From Botryllus schlosseri (taxonomy: Eukaryota), in assembly GCA_051294905.1 (NCBI GenBank), contig CM119372.1, forward strand, positions 38,876,001-38,940,000: a stretch of 64,000 nt of DNA, in the 5' to 3' direction. Position 1 is the first letter of the stretch. Every line of letters begins with the position of its first letter. Shown here piece by piece: positions 26,089-38,474 of the stretch. The translations under genes were made by a program, and so were the position numbers. A model generated the notes under the pieces. It was given only the letters and a program-made list of their open reading frames with translations, was not told the DNA's origin and ran no database searches.

Positions 26089-29000
26089 ATGGAAGCAAGT
26101 ATATTGAAGCTTCTAGAGAAGCAGCAGGAAATGATTGTGGAACAACGTGCACAGCACAAAGAAGACATGAAGCAACAAAATGCTCAGCACAAATAAGAAA
26201 TGGCGCGATTAACGCAGAGATTGAATCTCGGTGTATAAACATCTGAAGCTACCGCTCTCAAGTTCGATTCGTTCGTAAAATCAAAGGAGAAATGGGACCA
26301 GTATCTGCAACGATTCAACCAACACCTAGCAATTTACGGCATTTCCAACATGGAGAAACGAAGAGCGTGTCTACTCTCATGGGTCGGACCTGAAACGCAC
26401 TCGCTCCTACGTAATTTGTTCGGTGCTGCTGATGTCACTATGCAAACCTTCGACGCGTTGACTGAGAAGTTGTCTACACACTTCAAGGACTCAATCCATG
26501 TGCAAGCAGCCAGGTACGAATTTTGCAATTGCAAAGTGCAGCCGGGACGATCGTATGCGGATTGGATCGCTACTCTACGCGGAATCTCCAAGGATTGCAA
26601 CTTCACATGCTCAAGAGAAGGCTGTGATCAGAGCTACGTTGATGAGCTAATGCGCGATCTCATCATTAAAGAAACGCCGCACGCGGATGTGAGACGGCAA
26701 TGTCTAACACAAACCAATCCATCCCTTGACGACGTTCTCAAAGTAGCCGCAACATACGTGAGAACGCTGGAAACTGATAGGGTTATTCAGGGCGAGAGTA
26801 ACGGTAAACATACTTCCATCGTCAATAAAATGACGGGAAGTTATCAGAAGGGGAAAAAACTTTCCAAATCCATCCAGGGCAACTTCCCGGAAAGACTGAA
26901 ATCCTGCAGCCGCTGTTTCATCGATCACTAGAGAAAAGACTGTCAATATCGACATGCAGTATGTCAGAAATGTGGTCGTAGGCTAAAGGTCATATCAAAC
27001 CTGTGTGCATGTCTACCAAACCTAGTATCACGCAACAGGTCACATCCGTCAATATCTGCTCAGTGCCACTCCTCTCCTTCGACATCGATCAACTATATCG
27101 ACGCGTAGGAAACCAGATCTGGATCAACTCCAGCATCAACGGCATTTCGTTGCCGACACAGTGGGACACTAGTGCACCCTCCGCCATGGTGGGATTGACT
27201 GGGTACAAAACTTTGGGCTCTCCGAAACTCTCCGTATACCATTGCTCTTTCGTAGCATACGGCGACAAGCCTTTGAAAGTGAAAGGTATTTGCACTGTAA
27301 CCGTGCAGGTGGGTTCCAAAGTTCGAGTTGGCTTAAAATTGGTAGTTCTCGACGAACACCGTGGGCAAATCATTTTTGGTCTTGATTGGAGCGATGCTTT
27401 CTCCATGACCGCTAAGGGAACGTCTGCTTTGGATGCAATTTCCTTGCAGATGGTCAAATCGCAATCATGTAATAGTATTACCATTTGTAATTCGAACGAC
27501 AAATTGGTATCTTTTCAGTCCAAATTTCCCTCCGTTTTCCCTAATGTATTAGGACGATGCACCATAACAAAGGTGACAATTCACTTGAAACCTAATGCCA
27601 AGCCCGTATTCAACAAGCCACGTCCTCTGCCTTTTGCAAGGCAAATCGCTGTTCAAACCGAATTGGATATAGATTAGTCAATCAAGGTATTCTCGAACCA
27701 ATCAATTACAGAGATTGGGCAGCACCAATTGTTGCCGCCACTAAGTCTAATGGATCAGTACGCATTTGTGGTGACTTCAAAGCATTGAATCAACAAATTC
27801 AGATAGATCAACATCCCCTGCCCTCCTTAGATGAAATTCTTCAAGTTACAGGGTGGTTGTATCTTCACGAAAATTGATCTTGCCGATGCTTATTTTCAGC
27901 AAGAATTAAATGATGATGCGAAGAATTTGTGTGTCATCAACACGCAATTCGGTCTATTCCGTTATCGACGCATGTGTTTCGGAGTCGCATCTAGTCTCGC
28001 AAATTTTCAACGCTGTATTGATGCCATGATCGCCGGCTTACCCGGTGTTGCTAGTTTTATCGATGACATTATCGTTACTGGCATTGATGAACGCGATCAT
28101 TTTCGCAACTTAACGCTACTCTTTGAGCGCCTCACCGAATACGGTTTCACCGTCAACTTCGCTAAATGTGAATTTTTCAAAAGTAGTATCGAGTATCTTG
28201 GTCACATAATTAACAAGGATGGCAAAAAAAATCCGTTGAAGCAATCAAACAGTTGCCTAAACCTCGGGATGTTCGCCAGCTACAGGCATTCCTGGGCAAA
28301 GTCAATTATTATCGCGCGTTTATTCCTAATTTCACGAATAAAGCCGCTTCGTTATATCGCCTTCTTCAAAAAGATGCGAAATTCATTTGGAATACGGACT
28401 GTGACGCAGCTTTTCGCATTCTCAAAAACGACGTAATCGACGCTACACAGTTAGCTCATTATGATGTAACCAAGCAGCTCATTTTGTCAACGGATGTTTC
28501 TCAATTCGGAATCGGCGCTGTCCTCTCAATCGAGCACAATGGCGAAGAGAGAAAGATCGCGCACGCATCGAAAACGCTTTCCGATTCGCAAAAATCCTAC
28601 TCTCAAATCGAGAAGGAAGCTCTGTCAATCATTTACGGAGTCACTAAATTTCGTTAATTCTTGTATGGTAGAAAATTTACGCTTGTGACGGATCACAAAC
28701 CGGTTTTAGCTATTTTCTCGCCAGACATGAAAATTCCCGCGATTACAGCGCAACGCTTACAGCGATGTGCGCTAACGCTCATGGCTTATCAATATGACAT
28801 TCGCTATAAACCGACCAATCAGCACGGAAACGCTGACGGTTTATCTCGACTACCAAAGGGTCCAGACCCTGAGTTTGACGAACTGGAAATTCGTGAAATC
28901 GCGGAGATCGCTATTAATATGGCATTCGATGGCTTACCGCTAACCCGCAATGAAATTCGCGACGCGACGCTGAGAGACAAAACCATGAAACTACTGAAAT

Positions 29001-30204
29001 TATCTGTCACTCATGGTAATTGGAATTTAAACACGTACATTGATGATTTTCTTGGATTTCGACTCGCAAACATTCGCTCTCTCTGCACGAAGACATAGTC
29101 ATGCTCAATATTGATGGTTTTCAGCGCGTAGTAATTCCGCAGTCACTTCGCTCGCGAGCCTTATCATTGTTGCACGAAGGACATTGGGGTATCGCCAAAA
29201 TGAAGCAGATGGCTCGACGTTACATTGCATGGCCTTCCATTAATCGCGACATTGAAAATCTCGTGAAGAGTTGCGACGCTTGCCGTGAAGTAATGAAAGC
29301 GCCTGATCGTCAGTATCGCGAATGGCCCAAAACGTCTAAAAGCTTTGAACGAATTCATTTGGATTTCGCAGGTCCAATAAACAATAAAATGTTTCTTGTC
29401 ATCGTCGATGCGCATTCGAAATATCCTTTCGTTAAAGTAATGAATGTCGGTTCTACCACAACCTTGCGTGTAGTCAACGCTTTGAGGGAAGTCTTCTCTA
29501 TTGAAGGCTTGCCCATAACAATTGTCACGGATGGCGGGCCGCAATTCACATCGAATGAATTCGATACGTATTGTTCCAATTCGACAATCAGCCATATCGT
29601 ATCCCCGTATTTTCACCCTGCCTCGAACGGGGAAGCGGAGCGATTCGTCCAGACTTTGAAAGCTGGATTGATAAAAAATTGCGACGGGGGAAAAGATCTC
29701 AACTTCGCGCTCCAAACACTTCTCGCTACTTACCGATGTGCACCGCACCCGGGCATAGACTGGAAAACGCCTGCTGAGATTTTACATGGTTGGCAGCCGC
29801 GCAATTTGTTAAGTTTGTGCTCGCCCGTCGTTAAATCGAAACCCGTTACGCCTAGACAATCCGTCACTCATTTCGAGATTGGTTCCTCTGTTTACGCTCG
29901 CAGTTACCGACGCGGACCAAAGTGGGTTGCTGGCGTGGTGACGGAAATACTGGGACGTGTTGTGTACATTATAAAAACAGATCATGGGTATTGGAGAAGG
30001 CATAAAAACCAAATCCAACCACGCTTGATTTCCACAAGTAATGATACAGCCACACAGGAAGTTGCTCAGCCTCAACAGTCCCAAGCTGAGCAACCATTGG
30101 TCAGGAATAGGGCACAACGCCCTGCAGTTAGTCCTGCTCGAACGTCGGGCAGACGTTATCCGCTTAGAATTAGGACCCAAACTGATTTTTATCGGCCAAC
30201 GTAA
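26089..30204 (+). pseudogene. Gypsy gag-pol broken by stops and frameshifts
   Basis: Gag 26350-26931 with CCHC remnants; protease WDTSA; RT KIDLADAYFQ, FIDD; RNaseH TDVSQFGIGAVL, YSQIEKEAL, TDHKP; integrase LHEGHWG...CDAC, HLDFAGP, TDGGPQF, SNGEAERFV. Confidence 0.92.
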
Positions 30205-30236
30205 ATTACCTTGTACTCTAACTTACAGGGGAGGAC

Positions 30237-30491
30237 TGTTATGTTCATGCATTTTACGTTGGTATCGTTGGCCTCTTATTTGTCTAGGATTAGTAATTAC
30301 CGCCAATCATTATTTCTTCGTGTGTCGTGCTTTGTATTTATACCCTGTGTTCTGTTGTCTACAGGTCTTTCGTTTAACTGCACTCTGGATCATGTCGCCT
30401 GTCTTAAAGTCATACTGCTGATAATATACTGATTTCTTATTGCAACCTCGTCGTATTGAGTTATTGTTCAAACAAGATCAAGAACATAACA
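30237..30491 (+). repeat. 3' LTR
   Basis: Direct repeat of 25784-26038 with about 6 substitutions by eye. Confidence 0.95.
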
Positions 30492-32312
30492 ATAATTGTG
30501 CAAATACTTTCCAACAAACATGTTGTAGGAGCCTACGGATAATTACCACCCGATATAGCAGTCGTATATCGATAAGGGATGGTTGCAACCCTCAAAATAG
30601 TCGGTCCAACGCCAATCGCACAGATATTTCATCGAAAGAGTTATATTTACCCTATATTGTCAATTGCAAATATCAATTCGCTATAACGTCACAATTAAAC
30701 ATTCGTGACGTCATGGCTTTAAAAAAAATAAAAAAACAACAACAAAAAAATGTTTCAAACAAGGCCTTGTATTAAACATGTATGTTTTAAATTGATTTTT
30801 GATTGTTTTATATGCAACTCTAGTCATCGCATTGTTCGGTGGAAACGCAATGGAGTAGCCTATACTTCCAATTGCTAAATTACAAATGAGCTTTTAAAAT
30901 GCGCGGATGAAATTGTCATTTCAGGAGGAAAGGGGCTTCGATTTCGAACCTTACCTTCCCTGCGTACGACACTGCACAGCACGTACCGCCACAACAGTCG
31001 CGATTGGACTGAATACGGAATCCTTGATCCCCCAGTTTTTCGTGGAACACTGGTTAGAACTACTGCTTCAGAACCTTTACCTGGGTACACTGGGTAGGGG
31101 TAGCCTAATCGATACCACTTCTGGCTGCTTACTATATGCGTATGGTTTCTATATGCACCAAGTCGGTAAATTTTATGAATGAAATCTATCTATAATATTG
31201 ATTTTTCCATATATTATTGTAAAATGTTGATCCTTTCTCCGCCCACATGATCATAGTTAGAGGTAATAGAGCTGTATCGCTCACACATACGTAAAATTGT
31301 TAAACTATTTAAGTAATTGCATAGTCTCAGTTTATAGTTACCAGCCAAAATAAAGTAACGAATTGATAAGATGCAATACGCTATCCATTTACATCTTAAT
31401 ATGATACAATTCAAGTCTTTGCCAATGTTTGAGGAGCATATAAATTATATACGAATTCAATTTCAATAAAACAAGATGTTTGACTAAGGTGATAACAGAG
31501 AACAGAAATGGATATTTTGCTATTAAATTACTTTACTATTAGTTTACGACAACGTAAGCTGTGAGCTTCGATCACTGCGTTTGTGGTCAATATATTTGTG
31601 AGTAAACAATGGAGGCTCGGTAAAACACACGATCATTGAGGATTAGTCGCTCGCACGGGTTACAACAGCGTTTTGCGAACGATCCGAACATATGGAAGAT
31701 TCAGTGATTTTTATCGACACCGATTACTTGGTGACTTGAAATTGACTCGTGAATTTTGCTCCGTGTCACGAGTCAATCCGCATTTCTGAAACGCTGAGAC
31801 ACGTCAAGTCAAGTCATTTTAGCAAAGTGACTCGAGTCAAGTCAAGTCACACGAAAAAGGTGACTCGAGTCATCCCAACACTGTATTATACATCGTGCAG
31901 TGTCAAAATGTACTTACGTTGATTGGTCGCATACTTTTAGCAGTTAAATTTAGAGATGTTCACATTCGAAATTGCAAGATGCAACTTCGCGACATACACT
32001 AAATGACTATTGACACTACAGATAGGCGCCATGTTCAAACATATCTCCCATTTCCGTGATACAGAAGCTATTTCAAGAGTGTCTTTTATCACAATCTCTT
32101 CCATAAACGTGATGAAAACACAGAACTGTCAAGTAGACAAGTAAGTAGTAAACTACATAATCGCATCGATAGGTAGGACAAATATGCAAACCTTCTCCAT
32201 TATTGATCATCTCTACTCTCATGTTTCAAGTCAAAGTAACTGTTTCCTTCCCCTCGCAAAAATACTCTGCAGAAGGTCACGCGGCAGAACCATAAAAGAG
32301 ACATATATTTTA

Positions 32313-33478
32313 TCACGATATTGTAGCGATGTTTGCCGTGTAATTGGCGTTTATGGACTCGTAATATTCATTCAGTTCATCCCACAATGTGATCAGCTCG
32401 AACGGTAGCGCTTTGTGATACGTTTTGATTGTCGACAGACAGTACGGAGTCGGGTCTTTCAATCCCCAGCTGGCAAAACTGTTACCGCCATGGGTCGGCC
32501 TGACGCCGACAGCCTTGGCTAGCGTACCCACGAAGGCGTCATCAACCGGGAGCATATACTTCCAGAATGTGGCAATCCAAAGTCTCACCACCAGACCTCC
32601 GCTAATCAAGAAACCACCTCCGGACGCGTAAGGCGGGTAGACTTTATCCGGGTACAAACGTCTGCTCACGTAATACCTTGAGGTATTCACTCGGACGGGT
32701 GGTTGGTCCATAAGCCGTGACCCGGTCCAAAGGTCTTGTTCTCTTTCGATAGGAAGCGACAGGAGAAATTCCAGAATATTCCTCATATTCATGAGCATAT
32801 CTTCATCTCCTTGAAATAAAAAGGGTACCTCCATACAGTGTGTCACATACCATTGCCACAGCAGGCAAGGCTTCAAGCTTAAATTGTGAAAACTGTCCAT
32901 GAAATCCCATTGCAATATATCGGAATACGTTGTCAATTCATCCCACAGTTTATCAGTGTCTTCATTGCTCACGCAAGCCCCCAGCAGGAAAACTAATTTC
33001 ACTCTTACCCCTGTCGTGTCGAATATCCAAGATTCGTTGCCCCATGTTGCCCTAATCGCATTTCTCCGAAATCTATGGTTACAGGTGGACTTGATACCCA
33101 CTAAAAGAAAAACATCATTTTTGAAATTAAAGCTACTGAAGCCATTCGGGCGATTCAAACTGTCGCATGTGTTGTTATCGGAAATTAATAATCTGTAGTC
33201 TCTTCTTTGTGAAATTGCTTCGACACTGGTAGCGTTTTTCATCAAGCTGGAGTCCGTGTATTTATCCATACTTTCAATGCCAGGCAGTTGATACTCGTCG
33301 CTGGCGCTGAAGTTTAATGTATTCATCGCGTTTACAGTGAAATTTATATGGGTGGCGAAACTGCCCTTCGCTTGATAGAATGTCCGGTTTGTGTTGGTGA
33401 CGTTGTCTCTCAAACGACCGAATCTTACGCTGTCATATAGATTCTGATTGGACGAGTGCGATTGCGACCTCAGTCGTC
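32313..33478 (-). CDS. GT31 beta-1,3-glycosyltransferase (B3GNT-like) paralog 2, catalytic exon
   Basis: Closely similar to paralog 1; open frame from acceptor TTCTTACAG|GA (33478) to stop; GDED variant. Confidence 0.92.
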
Positions 33479-34971
33479 CTGTAAGAAATGTTTACGTGAT
33501 TAGAAATTAGACGATATGGTCACTTGTTCAAGATGGGTCTTCTGCGATCTGTTTAGAAATCACGGCTAATCGATATTATTTTTAAACTGACTTGCGGTCA
33601 TATTTGTTTAGATTAAAATTTGTATGAAATATAAAACAGCGGTATGCTCGAATGTTCTCGATTACAAACACAACGCAAGATTTCCAATGGTGAAAAATTC
33701 AGAGCATGTAAGTTTATAAATAAGTATATGCAACGCAGTTTAGAACCAGTATCGATAAATCATCTTTATCGAATGTTCCCTACGATTTTGACAACTTGAA
33801 GTATTATTTTTTCAATACAACATCCATTGTAACAGAATATTTTTCAAACTCGAATACTTTTTGGGTGCATCTTTTAAAGAGTTAACGGCACATTAAAGGG
33901 ATTTAAACAGATTTAAAAGCAAAAAAACAAAAAAGCAAAGTATGACGCAACAGTCAAAATCACAGATCATGAAGTATCATCTGCAAAAATAGCTTCCACT
34001 GGCAAATTGGTAGCTAATGACACGTGATTCCACAAATTTGAAAAGAAATCTTTACTTGAAAGTCACAAGACGAGGAAAAGGCTCTTAGTAAATACTCTGC
34101 TAAGTAAAGTGACATCGAAAACCTTGATTAGTCATAATGGAATAAGGACGAATGGTGCGAACTAGGGATGGATAGTGTGAACCTGTGAAAGGTTAAGATT
34201 CGTGTAAACGCGAATTTTTTTGAAAGTTTCGGCAACAAAGCAAGACGGACGTGAACCTCGCGTTCACGCCGACCCTAGTGCGAACCTATTAAACGCACCG
34301 CGCGAACAACTAGAAGTTAACGTACAAAGTAATTTGATCCGATATGGTGTCAATTTTTGCGCAAATAAATTCTTTACTTATGAGATCCGCAGTGACAAAC
34401 TAGATACGGTTGTTTTACGAACACCAATTACGAATGACCAGGTTGGCACTTCGGGTACCGAACATAAAACTGGTTATTAGAGTTGTCTGTGGAACGTATA
34501 TCATCCCGGTAAGAGAAGCTTTTTTGAAATAACTATTTTGCAACGAGTACACCCAAACCTATAAGCAAGATTGTAGCCACTTTCTCAGTGATATTAACCT
34601 TTGATTGCAAGCACCAAGATGTTGATACAGCGCGTTTGAAATGTACCCAAAACTACGTTATAATAACTTACGGTGTGATATAGTCACCTAAGATCGGTGC
34701 ACCAAATTACGGTAATTTCATGCCACTCAGTAGTTTTTCCAAGGTTCTTGCTGAGGATAAAGTGTCAATCAATATAATGCAGATGCGTCGCCACTGCCCT
34801 ATCATTGTCAGCAATTCAATTTATAGCTAAAAATTTCACCACAAGACTGCGATACAATATAAGATAGGACGGTGTCGAAACGAGTTGGAGTAGTCTTCGA
34901 TATCTGTCACCCATCTGGCCTATAAACGATGTTAAAAGGCATTCACGCTGAATGAAAAGTAAAAGACGATA

Positions 34972-35225
34972 ACATAGCGTAGTGGTATAATCCACAGCTG
35001 CAAAACCAATGGGTTGTCGGTTTGAGTCCGACCGAAGTTGACTCCAGAATTCCTCTGTGCTCCTCCTCGTCATCTCATCTGTGTAAGCGGTGTCTTATAA
35101 AACCTAGAAGTGGAGCGTGCAGTCGGCAGCTACGGAATAAAAAAATAAAAAATATCGACCTGGTTCAGATGAACATGACCATTGTAGTCGACAAACACCA
35201 TATATACTACAAACAAAAAGAAAAC
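34972..35225 (+). mobile_element. tRNA-derived SINE, diverged copy
   Basis: Aligns by eye to 11427-11977 without the MITE; A- and B-box remnants. Confidence 0.7.
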
Positions 35226-35387
35226 CCACATGCCCGTGTGTCGCGTGCCTAATTGTCACATGCAGAAGCGTCGCATGCTATAATGTCGCATGCTCATATG
35301 TCCAGGGTCCACGGACCATTGAATTAATCGCCATATACCAGTCACGTAAAAGCCGCATGTTTCTGATTTGAGTGAATGCACTGATAC

Positions 35388-35535
35388 CTGATATATTATG
35401 TGCTTCGGCGGAGAAGTTCACGTTGGCATGCTGGTTGAGTTGGAATACTGTGAAGTATGTCGTTCCCTGATACGTGGCTGAAAGTGACACGATCGTAAGC
35501 AACGCAACGGACACAATGGATTTCCGTTTCTTCAT
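35388..35535 (-). CDS. GT31 paralog 2, N-terminal signal-anchor exon
   Basis: MKKRK-SIVSVALLTIVSLSATY; phase-1 donor G|GTATC at 35388 in frame with the 33478 acceptor. Confidence 0.85.
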
Positions 35536-36390
35536 ACGATATTCCTTCAGCTCCGCAAGCTTCGTCGCATAATTTCCTGATGAAAAGAAAATGGAGATTA
35601 AGGCTGGTTAAATGTCATAAATTCACTGAAGTTCCTTCATATTTTAAAACGAATTATCTGTAGCCTATGATTCTCAGCCTCCGGTCACCAGAGCAATGCG
35701 GGCCCGTGTCAACTTTACTGCACAGGAAAGGATAATGATCAGTTAATTGTACTAGAACTCAAGACGAAGATACGCAATAGTGACCACTGTGATTGAATAT
35801 ACTGAACTGATGGACATCGGCAATGATATACATGAATAACCGGGATTCGGGACGAGCCCTGTTGAAATTAGGCTACATTACATCATACAAACCGTACAAT
35901 TCCTAACGGAACGACCAAAACCGAATCACAGCTGATTTGAATCAGATATTGAAAATATGGCTAGAATCGGAATTACAGCTGGATATGCGGCAATTGAAAC
36001 GAAAGTTAAAGCGATTAGCACTAAAGCATAGAACAGATGCGTAACGAAACGATACAGTATTATGTGATCCCAAATAACCTAACAACATCACAGCGACAAT
36101 ACTTCCAGCAGCGGATATATGTTGTTGAAGGCGTCAATGTGTCTGAAGCTTAAATATATTTTCCACGATATATTTTTCACAATGTTTACATTTCAGTGAA
36201 TTGATTCACTTTGATGCTTATTACAACGGTCAACACATATTTTTAGGCAGACAAAGTAAGAGTGGTTTTGGGGGTTCTGAAGGGCCCTGATTCCGAATGT
36301 GACCTTGGATTTTTCAAATTGGCTTTATTTTTGGAGATAATTCATGGGGCTATTTTGACTAAAATCTCATATTTCGCTGTATGGGCTAGT

Positions 36391-38474
36391 CAGTGGTTCT
36401 CAACCTTTTTGGCCCGCGGACTATTCTCAAGCTCGCCTATATATCCGCGGACTCAAGCTATATATTAATGAAAATTAGTTTTTTTAAAAATTTACATCCA
36501 AGAGAGTGCGGTATCAACGAAAAAATCAAGCACTGTTTTTCACTCAACACACACTCAATTAGAGCCTTGTCCTTGAAATTGCTTGACAAGTTTATCGAAT
36601 TCCGGAATTGTGGTTGGTAATGTAGGCCTACATCTGATGTCATCTACCGGTTGAAGTCTATTGCGATACTTCTTTTGATCATCGTCAGCGTTGAAAAGTC
36701 AGATTTTCGCAGGTATGTGGTTGGAAATGGCAAAAGAGCTGTTGCAGCTTGCTAGCAAAGATCTGAAAGACTATGCTCCATCGACTGCACAATTGCCCAA
36801 AACTGAGTCAAAGAAGCCTTTTTAAAGTTGTCTTTCCATATCTGTCGGCTTTGCAATGCAAACAACTGTTCATGTTCAGTAATGTAGTCCATATTTCGAG
36901 TTCTACTGTTAATAGACAACTATAGATTGTTTCTGTGATGAGCCCATGTCCCTACGATTTATCAATATCCAAATAACGTCTACAAGTGGACCATAAGTCT
37001 CAGCGTATATCACTCAGCGTATATCGCGCCGAAAACGCGTGCATACGTGTGTATGAAGAGCTGTCATAGGGGTTTACACCTGGCATTTTCGGTATGTGAA
37101 TACTCAGCGTCAAATTCCGCATCCAAGCGTACCAAATTCAAGTCAATCCGTCCAAAATTGTACATTTATAACCAGGATAGAATAGGTTATGACAATTTTA
37201 CCAATGGGCTACCTCGGGCATAAATGTAGGGCATTTTGAAAAATTCCAGTTGGCGATAATAAGGGTTTATAGGCACACCTGTCATATTTGGTATCAGGCC
37301 AGGAAGATGCTAGCGATGCGCAAAGCATACCCGTCTTGCCTGTGACACTTGCAACCAAATGGATTGCCCAAGACACAGAACATTTCAGGAGAACGAATAT
37401 TACTTGGAATGCTGAACAATTTGTTGTAGAGCTTGATGTTTCGTTGTTCATGCGTTTGAAATATACGTGGCGAAACATCGCTTATTGAGGTATCTCTGAT
37501 ATTGCTTTCCAAACTACATTCATTGTAGTATAATTTATTAACTTGAAGGCATTTCGTATGACCCTCATCAAGAGTTAACGGCACAATAAGAAGCATACAA
37601 CGAAAACCAAATTGGCAAGATATGACGTAACAATGTCATAATAAAAAGGAACGCTAGCTGGCCAGAGTCAGCTGTACCGGTAGTCTAATAAAGGGACAAG
37701 AGAAAAATAAAATTATACAATACACAGAAGACGTTACACAGACAATTAGCGGTATATATTTATGGCATACTTAACGATTGTAGACAAACTCTTTCTCCTT
37801 CTTATTGTATATCTCTTGATAAGGGGAACGCGAAAAGTCTTCGAGGTAATAAATTCTACTACAATGAATATAGTTCCGAAAGCACTATTCAAGCTCAGTA
37901 CCGCTAGTCACATATTTGGGTATCTTTGCATTTTATATGACAGCTATTAAGGTGACTAACAGTTCAAGAGTTGTATTTTGCGAATCACCCATCAAGGTTG
38001 AAGCCCAAGTATCAAATCTGAATTTGACGAACCCGGACCAGTACGGGGCTCATGCACTTTCGGACCAAAAAGCTATTTTCTCCGTAAGGCTGTGATGACT
38101 TTGGTCCGAAAGTGAACGAGCCCCGTAGGTCCGTCAATTTCATGTTCCGAAATCATATCGGAAATTGAAGAAAAAACTCTAAATTTCGATATTTTATGTG
38201 GATATTCGACATTCTCAAGCTAAGACTATGTCCGTGGACCTCCAAATTAAGATCTATGATCGTTTGGTAAGGTTTTATCAATTTAAAATCATCTAATATA
38301 ACACATTCAAAATGAGACTTCCGCTTTTCCATTGAAAAACATGGGGAAATATCAGGTTGACAATTTGTCAACGTGTGTGTCGATTAATTTACCGGAAATC
38401 CCTGTGCTCGCGGACTCATCCATGTCCTTCCACGGACTCATTTGAGTCCGCGGACTCAGGGTTGAGAAACACTG
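36391..38474 (-). mobile_element. Deleted Buster/Charlie hAT with a transposase C-terminal remnant
   Basis: TIR CAGTGGTTCTCAACC...GGTTGAGAAACACTG; minus strand ~36560-36880 reads QFW...LLPFPTTYL..S.FSTL, then after a frameshift KYRNRL (hAT dimerisation-domain pattern). Confidence 0.75.
37505..37920. mobile_element. Penelope-like pLTR fragments (family 2) in inverted arrangement, with hammerhead motifs
   Basis: Minus copy ~37505-37790 (UUGAUGA...GAAA...UC at 37538-37578) and plus copy ~37800-37920 (motif at 37811-37846); both homologous to parts of 4560-4890. Confidence 0.65.

Larger units (their letters stand above)
25784..30491 (+). mobile_element. Ty3/Gypsy LTR retrotransposon (Mag-like), full length and decayed
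   Basis: 255-bp LTRs TGTTATG...CATAACA; 5-bp TSD ATAAT; PBS; PPT AGGGGAGGA; gag-PR-RT-RH-INT order. Confidence 0.95.
25682..30822. mobile_element. hAT-type MITE hosting the Gypsy insertion
   Basis: TAGGGTTGCAT...ATGCAACTCTA; TSD GTCGTCGC/GTCATCGC; the two halves join to resemble 13978-14348. Confidence 0.75.

Noticed and set aside
12223..33478. Specific gene symbol such as B3GNT2 or B3GNT7
   Set aside because: Orthology cannot be established without a phylogeny
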